Below are positions 1 to 9,194 of a DNA stretch of 64,000 bases, in pieces. A program made the position numbers and the translations under genes. The first letter of the stretch is position 1. Every line of letters starts with the position of its first letter. The DNA is from Candidatus Latescibacterota bacterium (lineage in GTDB: Bacteria > Latescibacterota > UBA2968): the NCBI GenBank assembly GCA_965207885.1, contig OZ242311.1, positions 1,312,001 through 1,376,000 on the forward strand, in the 5' to 3' direction. The notes below the pieces were generated by a model that did not search any database, was not told the origin of the DNA, and saw only the letters and a list, made by a program, of their open reading frames with translations.

Positions 1-409
1 AAATTTCGTTTTTGGCATTGCGTACAAAGTGATTAAAAACAACTCGTCTTCCCTGATGCTCACCGCTGATGTTTATAAACCCCTCGCCGCCGATGGTTTC
101 TTTTCATTTATTTCCGGCTGGAATGACGACACCTTTGGTTGGAAGCCCAATCCGGGCGGCAATGGTTTTACGGAATTTGACGATATGGATTACCGCGTAG
201 GTGCCGAATGGATGTACCAGCTTTCTGAAGATTCGGCTTTTGCTCTGCGCAGTGGCTATTCCTATGATAAAGACGGCAAACGCAATTTTCCCACCTTTGG
301 GCTGGGCTTGAAATACAACTGGGCAAATTTCGATATCTCGTATTTTGTGCCGACAGAAGATACGCCTGCCAGCAATACATTCCGCTTCACGGGTGGATTT
401 ATATTTTAA
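1..409 (+). CDS. PorV-like outer-membrane beta-barrel (T9SS shuttle), 5'-truncated by the window
   Basis: The frame is open from position 2. The C-terminus ALRSGY..KRNFPTFGLGLKY..FDISYFVP..SNTFRFTGGFIF resembles PorV/FadL-like barrels and ends in Phe. Confidence 0.6.
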   Translation, partial: NFVFGIAYKVIKNNSSSLMLTADVYKPLAADGFFSFISGWNDDTFGWKPNPGGNGFTEFDDMDYRVGAEWMYQLSEDSAFALRSGYSYDKDGKRNFPTFGLGLKYNWANFDISYFVPTEDTPASNTFRFTGGFIF

Positions 410-466
410 TCCTCGCAGGTTCAGCAAACTGACTCTCTTTGCGACGAAGACATCAATTGAAATACA

Positions 467-1810
467 ATGCTAAATCTCTTGAGATATAATGCCAAACCTC
501 GCCTTCTCGCGCTCGGTGCTGCCAGTTTGCTGAACTTCACGCTCTTAATTTCGCCTCTTTTCTCCCAAAATAGTAGTCCCCCCTCTTCGGATTTTAATGG
601 CAATGGTGTCGTCGATTTCCCCGACTTCTTACTATTTGTCACCGCGTTTGGATCTCAAGCTGGTCAAGAGCGGTACGATGCGAAATACGATCTGGATGGA
701 AATGGCGAGATTGCATTTGACGATTTTCTGTTATTTGTCGATAGCTTTGCGGCATCATCACAGCCACCACCCCCCAGCGATCCACGCCTGACGCGGATTG
801 AACTACCTGAAGGATTCCACATTCGCATATACGCCGAAGGGGTAACAGGCGCTCGCTCGATGAGCCTCAGCCCAGACGGCACCCTGTTTGTCGGCACTCG
901 CCCCAGCGGCCGCGTGTACGCACTGCGCGACGAAGACGGCGACCACAAAGCAGAGCGGGTCATCGTCCTCGCCCGCGGCCTGAATAACCCCAACGGCGTC
1001 GCCGTTAAAGATGGCGACCTGTACGTAGCCGAAATCAACCGCATCCTGCGCTATACCAATATCGAAGCACAACTCGACAACCCGCCGCAACCTGAAATCG
1101 TCAACGACGCTTTCCCCACGAATCGATCGCACGGCTGGAAGTTCATCCGCTTTGGTCCCGACGGTTTGCTGTACGTACCTGTCGGCGCGCCGTGCAACAT
1201 CTGCAATCGCGGAGACCCATACGCATCAATCGGAAGATTGGACACCAATAGCAACTTCAGCATCATAGCGCGGGGCATTCGCAACACAGTCGGCTTCGAT
1301 TGGCATCCGGAAACGGGTGAACTGTGGTTCACGGACAATGGAAGAGACAGAATGGGCGACGATGTACCACCGGACGAACTGAACAGAATAACCGCCAATG
1401 AACAGCACTTCGGCTATCCCTACTGCCACGGCACCAACATCGCCGATCCCGTATTCGGCGATCAGCGTAGCTGCGGCGAGTTCGTTGCGCCGGTCCAGAA
1501 TCTCGGCCCGCACGTAGCGGCTCTTGGAATGCGCTTCTACACCGGCGACATGTTTCCAGAGGAATACCGCAATCAAATCTTCATCGCCGAACACGGATCC
1601 TGGAATCGCAGCAGCAAAATCGGCTACCGCGTCACCCTGGTGCGCCTGAATGGCAATAGGGCGGTCAGCTACGAACCATTCGCAAAAGGCTGGCTTCAGG
1701 GCGAATCGAACTGGGGAAGGCCAGTCGATGTGCTCGTTATGCCCGACGGTTCCCTGCTGGTATCGGATGATCAGGCCGGTCTAATCTACCGCATCAGCTA
1801 TTCACACTGA
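467..1810 (+). CDS. PQQ-dependent sugar/sorbosone dehydrogenase with N-terminal dockerin-like Ca-binding repeat pair
   Basis: Signal peptide, then DFNGNGVVDFPDFLLF...DLDGNGEIAFDDFLLF, a Pro linker and GSDH motifs (GIRNTVGFDWHP, DNGRD, EHGSWNR, GRPVDV). Confidence 0.85.
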   Translation: MLNLLRYNAKPRLLALGAASLLNFTLLISPLFSQNSSPPSSDFNGNGVVDFPDFLLFVTAFGSQAGQERYDAKYDLDGNGEIAFDDFLLFVDSFAASSQPPPPSDPRLTRIELPEGFHIRIYAEGVTGARSMSLSPDGTLFVGTRPSGRVYALRDEDGDHKAERVIVLARGLNNPNGVAVKDGDLYVAEINRILRYTNIEAQLDNPPQPEIVNDAFPTNRSHGWKFIRFGPDGLLYVPVGAPCNICNRGDPYASIGRLDTNSNFSIIARGIRNTVGFDWHPETGELWFTDNGRDRMGDDVPPDELNRITANEQHFGYPYCHGTNIADPVFGDQRSCGEFVAPVQNLGPHVAALGMRFYTGDMFPEEYRNQIFIAEHGSWNRSSKIGYRVTLVRLNGNRAVSYEPFAKGWLQGESNWGRPVDVLVMPDGSLLVSDDQAGLIYRISYSH

Positions 1811-1819
1811 TCTCGCATT

Positions 1820-4800
1820 ATGAATCTGAACAGACGCTTGACTATGACCCTCCTGCGCGGATGCTCAATCCTCCTGTATCTTATGGCTCTTTTTGTACAG
1901 CCCATTATGGCTGCGGATACCTATCGCTTCTTAGCCTTGCGCGTCTCCTTCCCCCCCGAAACCCCCGACAACGAAACCACCAGTGGAAACGGCACATTCG
2001 ATCTCAGCACATCCGAAAGTTCTGATCGCATCTATCCCTTTGATGCTCCCCCCCACGACCGCGCATATTTTGAAGCTCACCTGCAAGCTCTTTCCAATTA
2101 TTACCGCGACATATCCCAGGGACAACTGACCATCGAATACGATGTCTATCCACAAGATCCCACCGCGAGTTACGTCCTCGATACCCCCTTGATCGAATAC
2201 GGCAATGGACGCACGAGGCGCGAAATAAATGAGCGCGTCACGCGGCTCTTTCGGGATGGCATTCGCGCTGCAGATGCCGCAGATGGTACAACCATAGATT
2301 TCTCAAAATATCGCGCCTTTGCAGTATTTCACGCGGGACTCGGCGGAGAAGCAGGTCAAAAACTCAACGACATACCCTCGGCTTTTATTTTTCAACGCGA
2401 CCTCATCGAGTTCGCCGACGGCGCGATTGCCGTCAACAACGGAGCTTTTCAGGTGGCATCGGGCATGCTATTGCCCGAAGCCATCAGCACAAACGGTCGG
2501 GGCGGTCTCAATGGCACGCTCGCCCGATTTTTTGCCTCGCAACTCGGCTTGCCCGGTCTTTCGGACTTTGAAAACGATCTGCCCGCCATTGGCGACTGGA
2601 GTTTGATGGATACAGGCGCCAACAATCAAATTGACGCCGCGCGGCTGGGTCTCCAACCCCTGAGAAACGATCCCGAATCCACCAGCACAAATTTGATCGG
2701 ATTTTTGCCCAGTCGCATGACGGCCTGGTCTCGCATGCAACTCGGCTGGCTCGAACCACTCGAGATCACCCACAACGACACTGTAGAAATCGCTGCATCC
2801 GGCAGCGCGTCCGATCTTCCGCAGGCTATTCGCGTCCCCATCAGCGCCACGGAATACTTCCTGATCGAAAATCGCATCTCGCGCCTCAATATTGAAAATC
2901 GCATCCCACAAATCGAATTTTCCACCCCTCATAATGTCTGGCTTTCCGCAGACGACTACGATGCGTTTATACCTGGCTCGGGCATTCTCATCTACCACAT
3001 TGACGATGCGATTATTCGAGCCAGCGACGCAGAAAAACACATCAACAGCCACCCCGATTACAAAATTGCACCTGCTCAATATCGCCGCGGCATTGCTCTC
3101 GAAGAAGCCGATGGCTTGCAAGACATCGGCAATGTATCGGCCAGCCGCATCATTCAAGCTGGTATCATCTCATTAAGCAGTATCGAAGGCGCGCCAGAAG
3201 ACGCCTTTTACGTGGGCAACAACGCCTTATTTGGTCCCGATACCTCGCCAAATACCCGCAGCAATTTGGGCTATGAAAGCGGCATAACCATCGAAGTGCT
3301 CAGTCCACCCGGTGAAGTAATGACGGTTGCAATCCGTTTTGCCAATCGGCTGGACAACTGGCCGATTACAGACTTGAATCCCACGCGAGAGTCGCCCCGC
3401 GTCATCGACCTCGATAGAGATGGAATCAAAGAAATCCTTCACAGTTCTGGCGCGTGGAAAATCGCGGGTGAACAGCACAGCCTGGACGGCCTGCCTTTGG
3501 CATTTGCCACAACCCCTGCAATTGGCGACCTGAAAGAACTTGAATTCATCTATCATCGCGAAGAAACAACCCGAACGCACTGGCGTCCCAGTGGTACAGT
3601 CCACGAAACCGTCGATATCAATCCTCCTTCATCTTTTTCCACAACACCCGTCATAGCAAAATTCCCCACAATCGCTGTCGATATCTGGGGATGGAGCGAT
3701 GGGAAAATCGAATGGGGCAATTTTCTATCTGAAATCGCGGGCAACATCGCCCTGAGCGACGCCATACAATCGCTCGCCGTGGGCAATATCGACAGCGATT
3801 CGGACAATGAACTCATCGCCATTACCAGCAGTGCTCAGATCCACCTCATTCACGACACTGGTCAATCCACGCCACTCGCCACATTTGCGTCTCCCATCAT
3901 CGGCGGCCCGGCAATAGGCGACCTCGACCGCGATGGCAATGACGACATTGCAGTCGTCACAGCAGACGGCATCCTCTCCATCCTCGACGCCAACGGCCTC
4001 GCCTTTGCAAGCGACCCCGTGCCCGGCGGCGCGCATTCACCCCCTGTTGTCGCCGACCTCGACCGGGACGGATTTATCGAAGTCCTCTTTGGCGGCAACG
4101 GCAAACTCTATCTCTATCGCTTCAACGCCATCTTGCAAACCGAAGGCGCACTCGCCCTCCCGATAAAAGACGGCGCCGGCCCCATTGAAGCACCGCCCAT
4201 TCTCGCCGACATCAATAACGACACAACCCCCGATATTTTCGCGGGTACACGCGGTGGCCTCCTCTACGGACTGACCGCCGAAGGACATACTCTACCGGGC
4301 TTTCCCCTATTGGTACCCGGCCCCATTCTCTCATCGCCACTTATCGACGACCTTGACAACGACAGCACCCTGGAACTCATTATCTATACAGCTAACGGCA
4401 GTATGCACCTCTTTCATCTGGAAACAATTGACCCATCTTATACTGGCAACAAAATTATCTGGGGGCAACTCGGAGGAGGACCGGGCAACGCGGGAAAATT
4501 GCTCCAACAGCCTCTCGAAATCGCAACCCCAACAGACACCTCGCTTTTACCTGCGGCGCGAGCATACCTCTACCCCAACCCGATCCGCAATGGCGACAGG
4601 GCGCGCATCCGCTTTTTTTTATTAGAACCCGCCGAAATCAGTATGACCATTTACAACCCCCTCGGTGAAAAGATCGCCGACCTCACACACGACAATCCCA
4701 TGCCCAATACCGACAACGAAATCGCCTGGGATGTAGCCGATTACGCCAGCGGCCTATATATTTGTCGCCTACAAGCGAGCAATAGCACGCGCACAGAGGT

Positions 4801-4831
4801 GCGATTTATCAAAGCCGCGATAATTAAATAA
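1820..4831 (+). CDS. Secreted M6/InhA-like protein with degenerate active site, FG-GAP/VCBS repeats and T9SS-type C-terminal domain
   Basis: M6-type segments FHAG, WSLMDTG, AWSRMQLGW, EYFLIENR, GILIYHID. Repeats DLDRDG/DINNDT. CTD YLYPNP...IYNPLGE...ASGLYICRL...IKAAIIK. Confidence 0.75.
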   Translation: MNLNRRLTMTLLRGCSILLYLMALFVQPIMAADTYRFLALRVSFPPETPDNETTSGNGTFDLSTSESSDRIYPFDAPPHDRAYFEAHLQALSNYYRDISQGQLTIEYDVYPQDPTASYVLDTPLIEYGNGRTRREINERVTRLFRDGIRAADAADGTTIDFSKYRAFAVFHAGLGGEAGQKLNDIPSAFIFQRDLIEFADGAIAVNNGAFQVASGMLLPEAISTNGRGGLNGTLARFFASQLGLPGLSDFENDLPAIGDWSLMDTGANNQIDAARLGLQPLRNDPESTSTNLIGFLPSRMTAWSRMQLGWLEPLEITHNDTVEIAASGSASDLPQAIRVPISATEYFLIENRISRLNIENRIPQIEFSTPHNVWLSADDYDAFIPGSGILIYHIDDAIIRASDAEKHINSHPDYKIAPAQYRRGIALEEADGLQDIGNVSASRIIQAGIISLSSIEGAPEDAFYVGNNALFGPDTSPNTRSNLGYESGITIEVLSPPGEVMTVAIRFANRLDNWPITDLNPTRESPRVIDLDRDGIKEILHSSGAWKIAGEQHSLDGLPLAFATTPAIGDLKELEFIYHREETTRTHWRPSGTVHETVDINPPSSFSTTPVIAKFPTIAVDIWGWSDGKIEWGNFLSEIAGNIALSDAIQSLAVGNIDSDSDNELIAITSSAQIHLIHDTGQSTPLATFASPIIGGPAIGDLDRDGNDDIAVVTADGILSILDANGLAFASDPVPGGAHSPPVVADLDRDGFIEVLFGGNGKLYLYRFNAILQTEGALALPIKDGAGPIEAPPILADINNDTTPDIFAGTRGGLLYGLTAEGHTLPGFPLLVPGPILSSPLIDDLDNDSTLELIIYTANGSMHLFHLETIDPSYTGNKIIWGQLGGGPGNAGKLLQQPLEIATPTDTSLLPAARAYLYPNPIRNGDRARIRFFLLEPAEISMTIYNPLGEKIADLTHDNPMPNTDNEIAWDVADYASGLYICRLQASNSTRTEVRFIKAAIIK

Positions 4832-4836
4832 ACACC

Positions 4837-7800
4837 ATGTCTCACAAACTCACACAAACGATTCTCATTCTCCTGGCCCTGAGCACACAGGTACTCGCGC
4901 AATTTGACGCCAATCATCCCGAACTGAACTGGCGCGTCATTGAAACCGAACACTTCAAAGTCTATTACCATCAGGGTCTGGAAAAACTGGCTCCGCGTGC
5001 TGCCCAGGTCGCCGAAGACGCGTACGGCCCAATCGCGTCCTTTTACAATTTTGACCCCGACAGCAAAGTCCGCATCATCCTCAAAGACACCGAAGATTAT
5101 GCCAATGGCGCGGCGTATTATTACCACAACACCATCGAAATCTGGGTCTCCAACCTCGACTTTGCACTGCGCGGCAGTACAGATTGGCTCCCAAATGTGA
5201 TAACGCACGAATTGACGCACATCATCGCCCTTCAACTCGCCCGAAAATCCTCGCGGCGCATCCCCGCCATCTTCGTCAACTACCTGCAATATCAGGGTGA
5301 AGGCAAACGCGACGACATCCTCGCTGGCTACCCCAATGTCCTGGCTGCTTACGCCATTCCAGCCACCATCATTCCACCCTGGTTTGCCGAAGGGACGGCG
5401 CAATACATGGCACCGGGCGCACAACACGACCGCTGGGACTCGCACCGCGATATGATCTTGCGCCAGGCCACGCGCAATGGGAGCTTGCTCACCCGCGACG
5501 AAATGTCTGTCTTTGGCGCGAAAACAGGTCTCGGATTTGAAAAAGTATATGACCACGGCTATTCGCTCACCCTCTTTATTGTCGATACCTTTGGGCGCGA
5601 CAAACTCCCCGAATTATATCGGCAAATGAAAGTCTGGTGGCGCACGGATTTCGGCGGCGCAATCCGCGCAACTCTGGGCATCTCTGCAAGCGAATTGCAC
5701 ACGCGCTGGGTCGCATCGCTCAAAAAACGCTATGCGGATCAAAACGCACAGATCGAAACCAACCCCGCACAGGGCGACCTCATCCGCGACGATGGCTACC
5801 TCAACCTGCACCCCCGCTGGTCGCCCGATGGCACAAAACTCGCCTACCTCTCCAATAAAGGACGCGATTATGGGCGCACGAGTTTGATGGTCTATACCCT
5901 CGCCGACAGTAGCGTGGAACTCGCCGCTCCCAGCGCGGTTACAGCCTTTGACTGGTCAACCGATGGCGAGCAATTCCTCTACGCGCGCCACAGCCAACCC
6001 AACAAATATGGCGGGCGGCAATGGGACCTCTACACCATAGATCCCAAAGCCTCGAAATCGAGCCTGTTTCAAAATGTCAAAACCGCCATTGGCCTCGCGC
6101 GTGCCACCCTCCCCGGAGAAACGCGTCTCAGCACCGGCTCGCGCGGCATTCACCCGACCTATTCCCCAGACGGAACGCAAATTGCGTTTGTCAAAAATGG
6201 TGGAGGTAACACCAACCTCTGTATCCTCGACATTGCAGCAGACACCATTCGCTACCTCACATCCTTCGACGATGGCTCACAGGTTGCCACCCCGTGCTGG
6301 TCGCCCGATGGATCGCAAATCGCATTCTCGCTCTACCGAATCAGCACCTCGCGGGATATCGCCACCATTTCCACAACAGGTGGCGATTACACAGTGCGCG
6401 TTGCCTCCCGCGAAACCGATCGCGACCCGTGCTGGACACCCGATGGATCATCCCTCGTATTTGCCTCTGATCAAGACGGCATCTTCAACCTGTATCGCGC
6501 CAATCTATCCAGCGGCACAATAGACCGCCTCACCCGCGTGTACGGCGGTGCATTTCAACCCCACGTGCATCCAGATGGCGACCGCATCGCCTATGCCCAC
6601 TACGGCAAAAACGCCTACGAAATTCGCGTTATCTCCCAGCCGTTAAATGAACCCGTGGCGAGCAACATCTTTCAGGTTAACCCCTTCGCAGCCACAACGC
6701 CCAAACCCGCAATAGCGAGCCGCCCATACAAAAATGAATTTTCATCCACCACCATACTTCCGCGTCTGGCAATCGACAGCGGCAAACTCAAACTCGGCGC
6801 CATAGCGGGATCCGACGACGTCTTGCGAAAACAAACCTTTTTCATCAGTGGCCTGCTTGCCCACGACCTGGATATGGACCTGTACGCGCTTTACGAATAC
6901 CGCAAAAAACGGCCCACCTTTTTTCTCGAAGCCTATCGCATATCGCGCCACGTTGAAGAAGATATAATCAGCCGCGACGAAGACTTCCGCATCTACAACC
7001 GCACCTTCGCGCTGACGGGCATTGAAATAGGCGGCAAATACACCCTGAGACGCGGCGGTACGATCGACGCTCGTCTCGTGTATCATCGCACGGGCGCAGT
7101 TCTGGATCAAGCGCGGTTCAACGGCCTCAATCGCGACATAGTCGGTGCCACAACCCTCAATGGGTTCGACCTCGCCCTCACCTATCGTCTCAATGCCATA
7201 GGCCGCTCGCGCGACTCGGAAATCAACCCCCGATCCGGACGCCGTCTCGCGCTGCGTTACGACCGCTATTTCAACTGGTTCATCAGCGGCTTTGAGGAAA
7301 ACACCTCGCTAATTATCGAAACCTACGACCGCTATTTCTACAATCAGCTATCCCTCGACTGGAACGAATTTATCCCGGTTGCTCCCGGCCGCAGTGCGCT
7401 GAGTTTCCGCTTTTTTGGCGGCATAATCGACAGCGAAGTTGACGATACCTTTGACTTCTTCCTCGGTGGCTTGCCCGGCATGAAAGGATATACGTTTTAC
7501 AGCCTGGAAGGCCGCCGCGCCCTGATGTTGCGGTCGGCTTATCGCTTTCCCTTATGGTCGCGCATTGATCGACAAACCGGCCCGATCTACTCCGACCAAC
7601 TCTACGGCGCATTCTTTGCCGGAATCGCCCGCGCCTGGGATGGCACATCCGACGATGCAATACTCAAACGCGGCTGGAAACGCGAACTGGGCACGCAATT
7701 GCGCTACGACGCCACCTCGTTTTATCTTTTTCCCACACGCGCCAGCCTCGACGTAGCCTATGGCTTTGACCATGTGCCTTTGCAACGGGCTGGCGATCCA

Positions 7801-7878
7801 CTTGAACGAAGCGGCTTGAAGATTTATTTTACATTGTTATTTGGATTTGTTACAGATGTTGGGAAAGGCAACTTTTAG
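4837..7878 (+). CDS. Peptidase MA-like domain + PD40/TolB propeller + Omp85/BamA-like beta-barrel
   Basis: Signal peptide, HELTH...WFAEGTAQY, repeated WSPDG motifs, and a C-terminal barrel with GGLPGMKGY (Omp85 loop-6-like). Confidence 0.75.
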   Translation: MSHKLTQTILILLALSTQVLAQFDANHPELNWRVIETEHFKVYYHQGLEKLAPRAAQVAEDAYGPIASFYNFDPDSKVRIILKDTEDYANGAAYYYHNTIEIWVSNLDFALRGSTDWLPNVITHELTHIIALQLARKSSRRIPAIFVNYLQYQGEGKRDDILAGYPNVLAAYAIPATIIPPWFAEGTAQYMAPGAQHDRWDSHRDMILRQATRNGSLLTRDEMSVFGAKTGLGFEKVYDHGYSLTLFIVDTFGRDKLPELYRQMKVWWRTDFGGAIRATLGISASELHTRWVASLKKRYADQNAQIETNPAQGDLIRDDGYLNLHPRWSPDGTKLAYLSNKGRDYGRTSLMVYTLADSSVELAAPSAVTAFDWSTDGEQFLYARHSQPNKYGGRQWDLYTIDPKASKSSLFQNVKTAIGLARATLPGETRLSTGSRGIHPTYSPDGTQIAFVKNGGGNTNLCILDIAADTIRYLTSFDDGSQVATPCWSPDGSQIAFSLYRISTSRDIATISTTGGDYTVRVASRETDRDPCWTPDGSSLVFASDQDGIFNLYRANLSSGTIDRLTRVYGGAFQPHVHPDGDRIAYAHYGKNAYEIRVISQPLNEPVASNIFQVNPFAATTPKPAIASRPYKNEFSSTTILPRLAIDSGKLKLGAIAGSDDVLRKQTFFISGLLAHDLDMDLYALYEYRKKRPTFFLEAYRISRHVEEDIISRDEDFRIYNRTFALTGIEIGGKYTLRRGGTIDARLVYHRTGAVLDQARFNGLNRDIVGATTLNGFDLALTYRLNAIGRSRDSEINPRSGRRLALRYDRYFNWFISGFEENTSLIIETYDRYFYNQLSLDWNEFIPVAPGRSALSFRFFGGIIDSEVDDTFDFFLGGLPGMKGYTFYSLEGRRALMLRSAYRFPLWSRIDRQTGPIYSDQLYGAFFAGIARAWDGTSDDAILKRGWKRELGTQLRYDATSFYLFPTRASLDVAYGFDHVPLQRAGDPLERSGLKIYFTLLFGFVTDVGKGNF

Positions 7879-7892
7879 CCAAAGGACTCCCC

Positions 7893-8564
7893 ATGCGAAA
7901 ATTCACACTCTGCACCCTTGTTTTCGCGCTCATGTGCGGACAGGCCGCTGCGGAAAAATCGCCTAAAACGGCCTTCTTTCTCTCACTACTTGTACCGGGT
8001 CTGGGTGAATTATATGCCGGGGCCAAAATACGCGCAGTCGGGTTTATGGGCGCAGAAGCCCTCACCTGGACCGCTTATGTTTCATGGCGGGGCAAAGGCA
8101 ATGACATTAAGGAAGAATTTCGAGCGTATGCCGATCGGCATTGGCGGGAAGCGCGGTACAGCGCCTGGCGGGAATGGAACAAAACTCAGCCCGAGCCATA
8201 TCACGAAACCCACGCCCTGCCCTCCAAAAGCGAAGACACGCAGCAGTATTACGAACTCATTGGCAAATACCATCAATTTGTCTATGGCTGGGACGATGTG
8301 ACGGCTGACTTTTCCACCGATAACAAGAACGTGCCATCGTCACGCAGACTGGACTATGAAACCCGTCGCAACGACAGCAACAAATACCTCAAACGCGCGT
8401 CTGTTGTCACAGGCCTGGCCGTACTCAACCACATTGCCAGTGCCATACACGCCTCGGCCTATACGCGCACACTGCAAAAACAGACCGGGCCGAGCTTGTG
8501 GATCGACATCACGCCGGTTGATAGCCATGGACGGTCCATGGTCGAATTGAAAACGAGATTTTAG
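7893..8564 (+). CDS. Secreted/membrane protein, DUF5683/TM2-like
   Basis: Signal peptide, then KSPKTAFFLSLLVPGLGELYAG. Paralog of the next gene. Confidence 0.6.
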   Translation: MRKFTLCTLVFALMCGQAAAEKSPKTAFFLSLLVPGLGELYAGAKIRAVGFMGAEALTWTAYVSWRGKGNDIKEEFRAYADRHWREARYSAWREWNKTQPEPYHETHALPSKSEDTQQYYELIGKYHQFVYGWDDVTADFSTDNKNVPSSRRLDYETRRNDSNKYLKRASVVTGLAVLNHIASAIHASAYTRTLQKQTGPSLWIDITPVDSHGRSMVELKTRF

Positions 8565-8568
8565 CATC

Positions 8569-9192
8569 ATGAAAACACCATCCCAAATCCTGATCGTCTG
8601 CGCCTGTTTGCTCACGCCATCTGTCGCATTTGCCCAAGAAGCGAAATCACCCCAAAAAGCCGCCTTTTTGTCGGTTCTTTTACCCGGTTTGGGCGAGCGG
8701 TATGCGGGCGGGCGAAAATCCGCGAAATTTTTTCTCTTCACCGAAGGCATGTTCTGGACGGGCGTATTTGCATTTAAAAAACTCAACACCACGCGAGAAA
8801 ACACCTTCCGCGCCTATGCCGCGGCACGCGCTGGTGCAACCACGGAGGAAAAACCCAACTCTCACTACGACCGCCTGTCCAGTTACAACAGCATCTACGA
8901 CTACAATGCCCGATTGCAATACGTCGAGGGCACATCGGTCACCCCACTGCCAGAAACACCCGAAAACTTTTGGGAATGGGACACACCGTCTTCCCGCGAA
9001 CACTTTCGAGAACTGCGAAGCAAAGCCACCTGGGCGCGCACACGCAGTTTTCTCTTCGTGGGCGCACTCATCTTCAATCGCTTTGCCAGCGCGTTAAACG
9101 CCGCCAGCATCGCCGCCAAAACCCGTCCTATTGCAACAGTCTCCCCCAATACCTCTGGGGACTTACAGGTGAGACTCTCAGTCTGGTTTTGA
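8569..9192 (+). CDS. Secreted/membrane protein, DUF5683/TM2-like (tandem paralog)
   Basis: KSPQKAAFLSVLLPGLGERYAG and FNRFASALNA mirror the upstream gene. Ends in VWF. Confidence 0.6.
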   Translation: MKTPSQILIVCACLLTPSVAFAQEAKSPQKAAFLSVLLPGLGERYAGGRKSAKFFLFTEGMFWTGVFAFKKLNTTRENTFRAYAAARAGATTEEKPNSHYDRLSSYNSIYDYNARLQYVEGTSVTPLPETPENFWEWDTPSSREHFRELRSKATWARTRSFLFVGALIFNRFASALNAASIAAKTRPIATVSPNTSGDLQVRLSVWF

Positions 9193-9194
9193 CA

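Noticed and set aside
8970-9194. N-terminal extension of the 583-aa ORF
   Set aside because: It overlaps the upstream gene. The ATG at 9195 followed by a signal-like segment is the plausible start.
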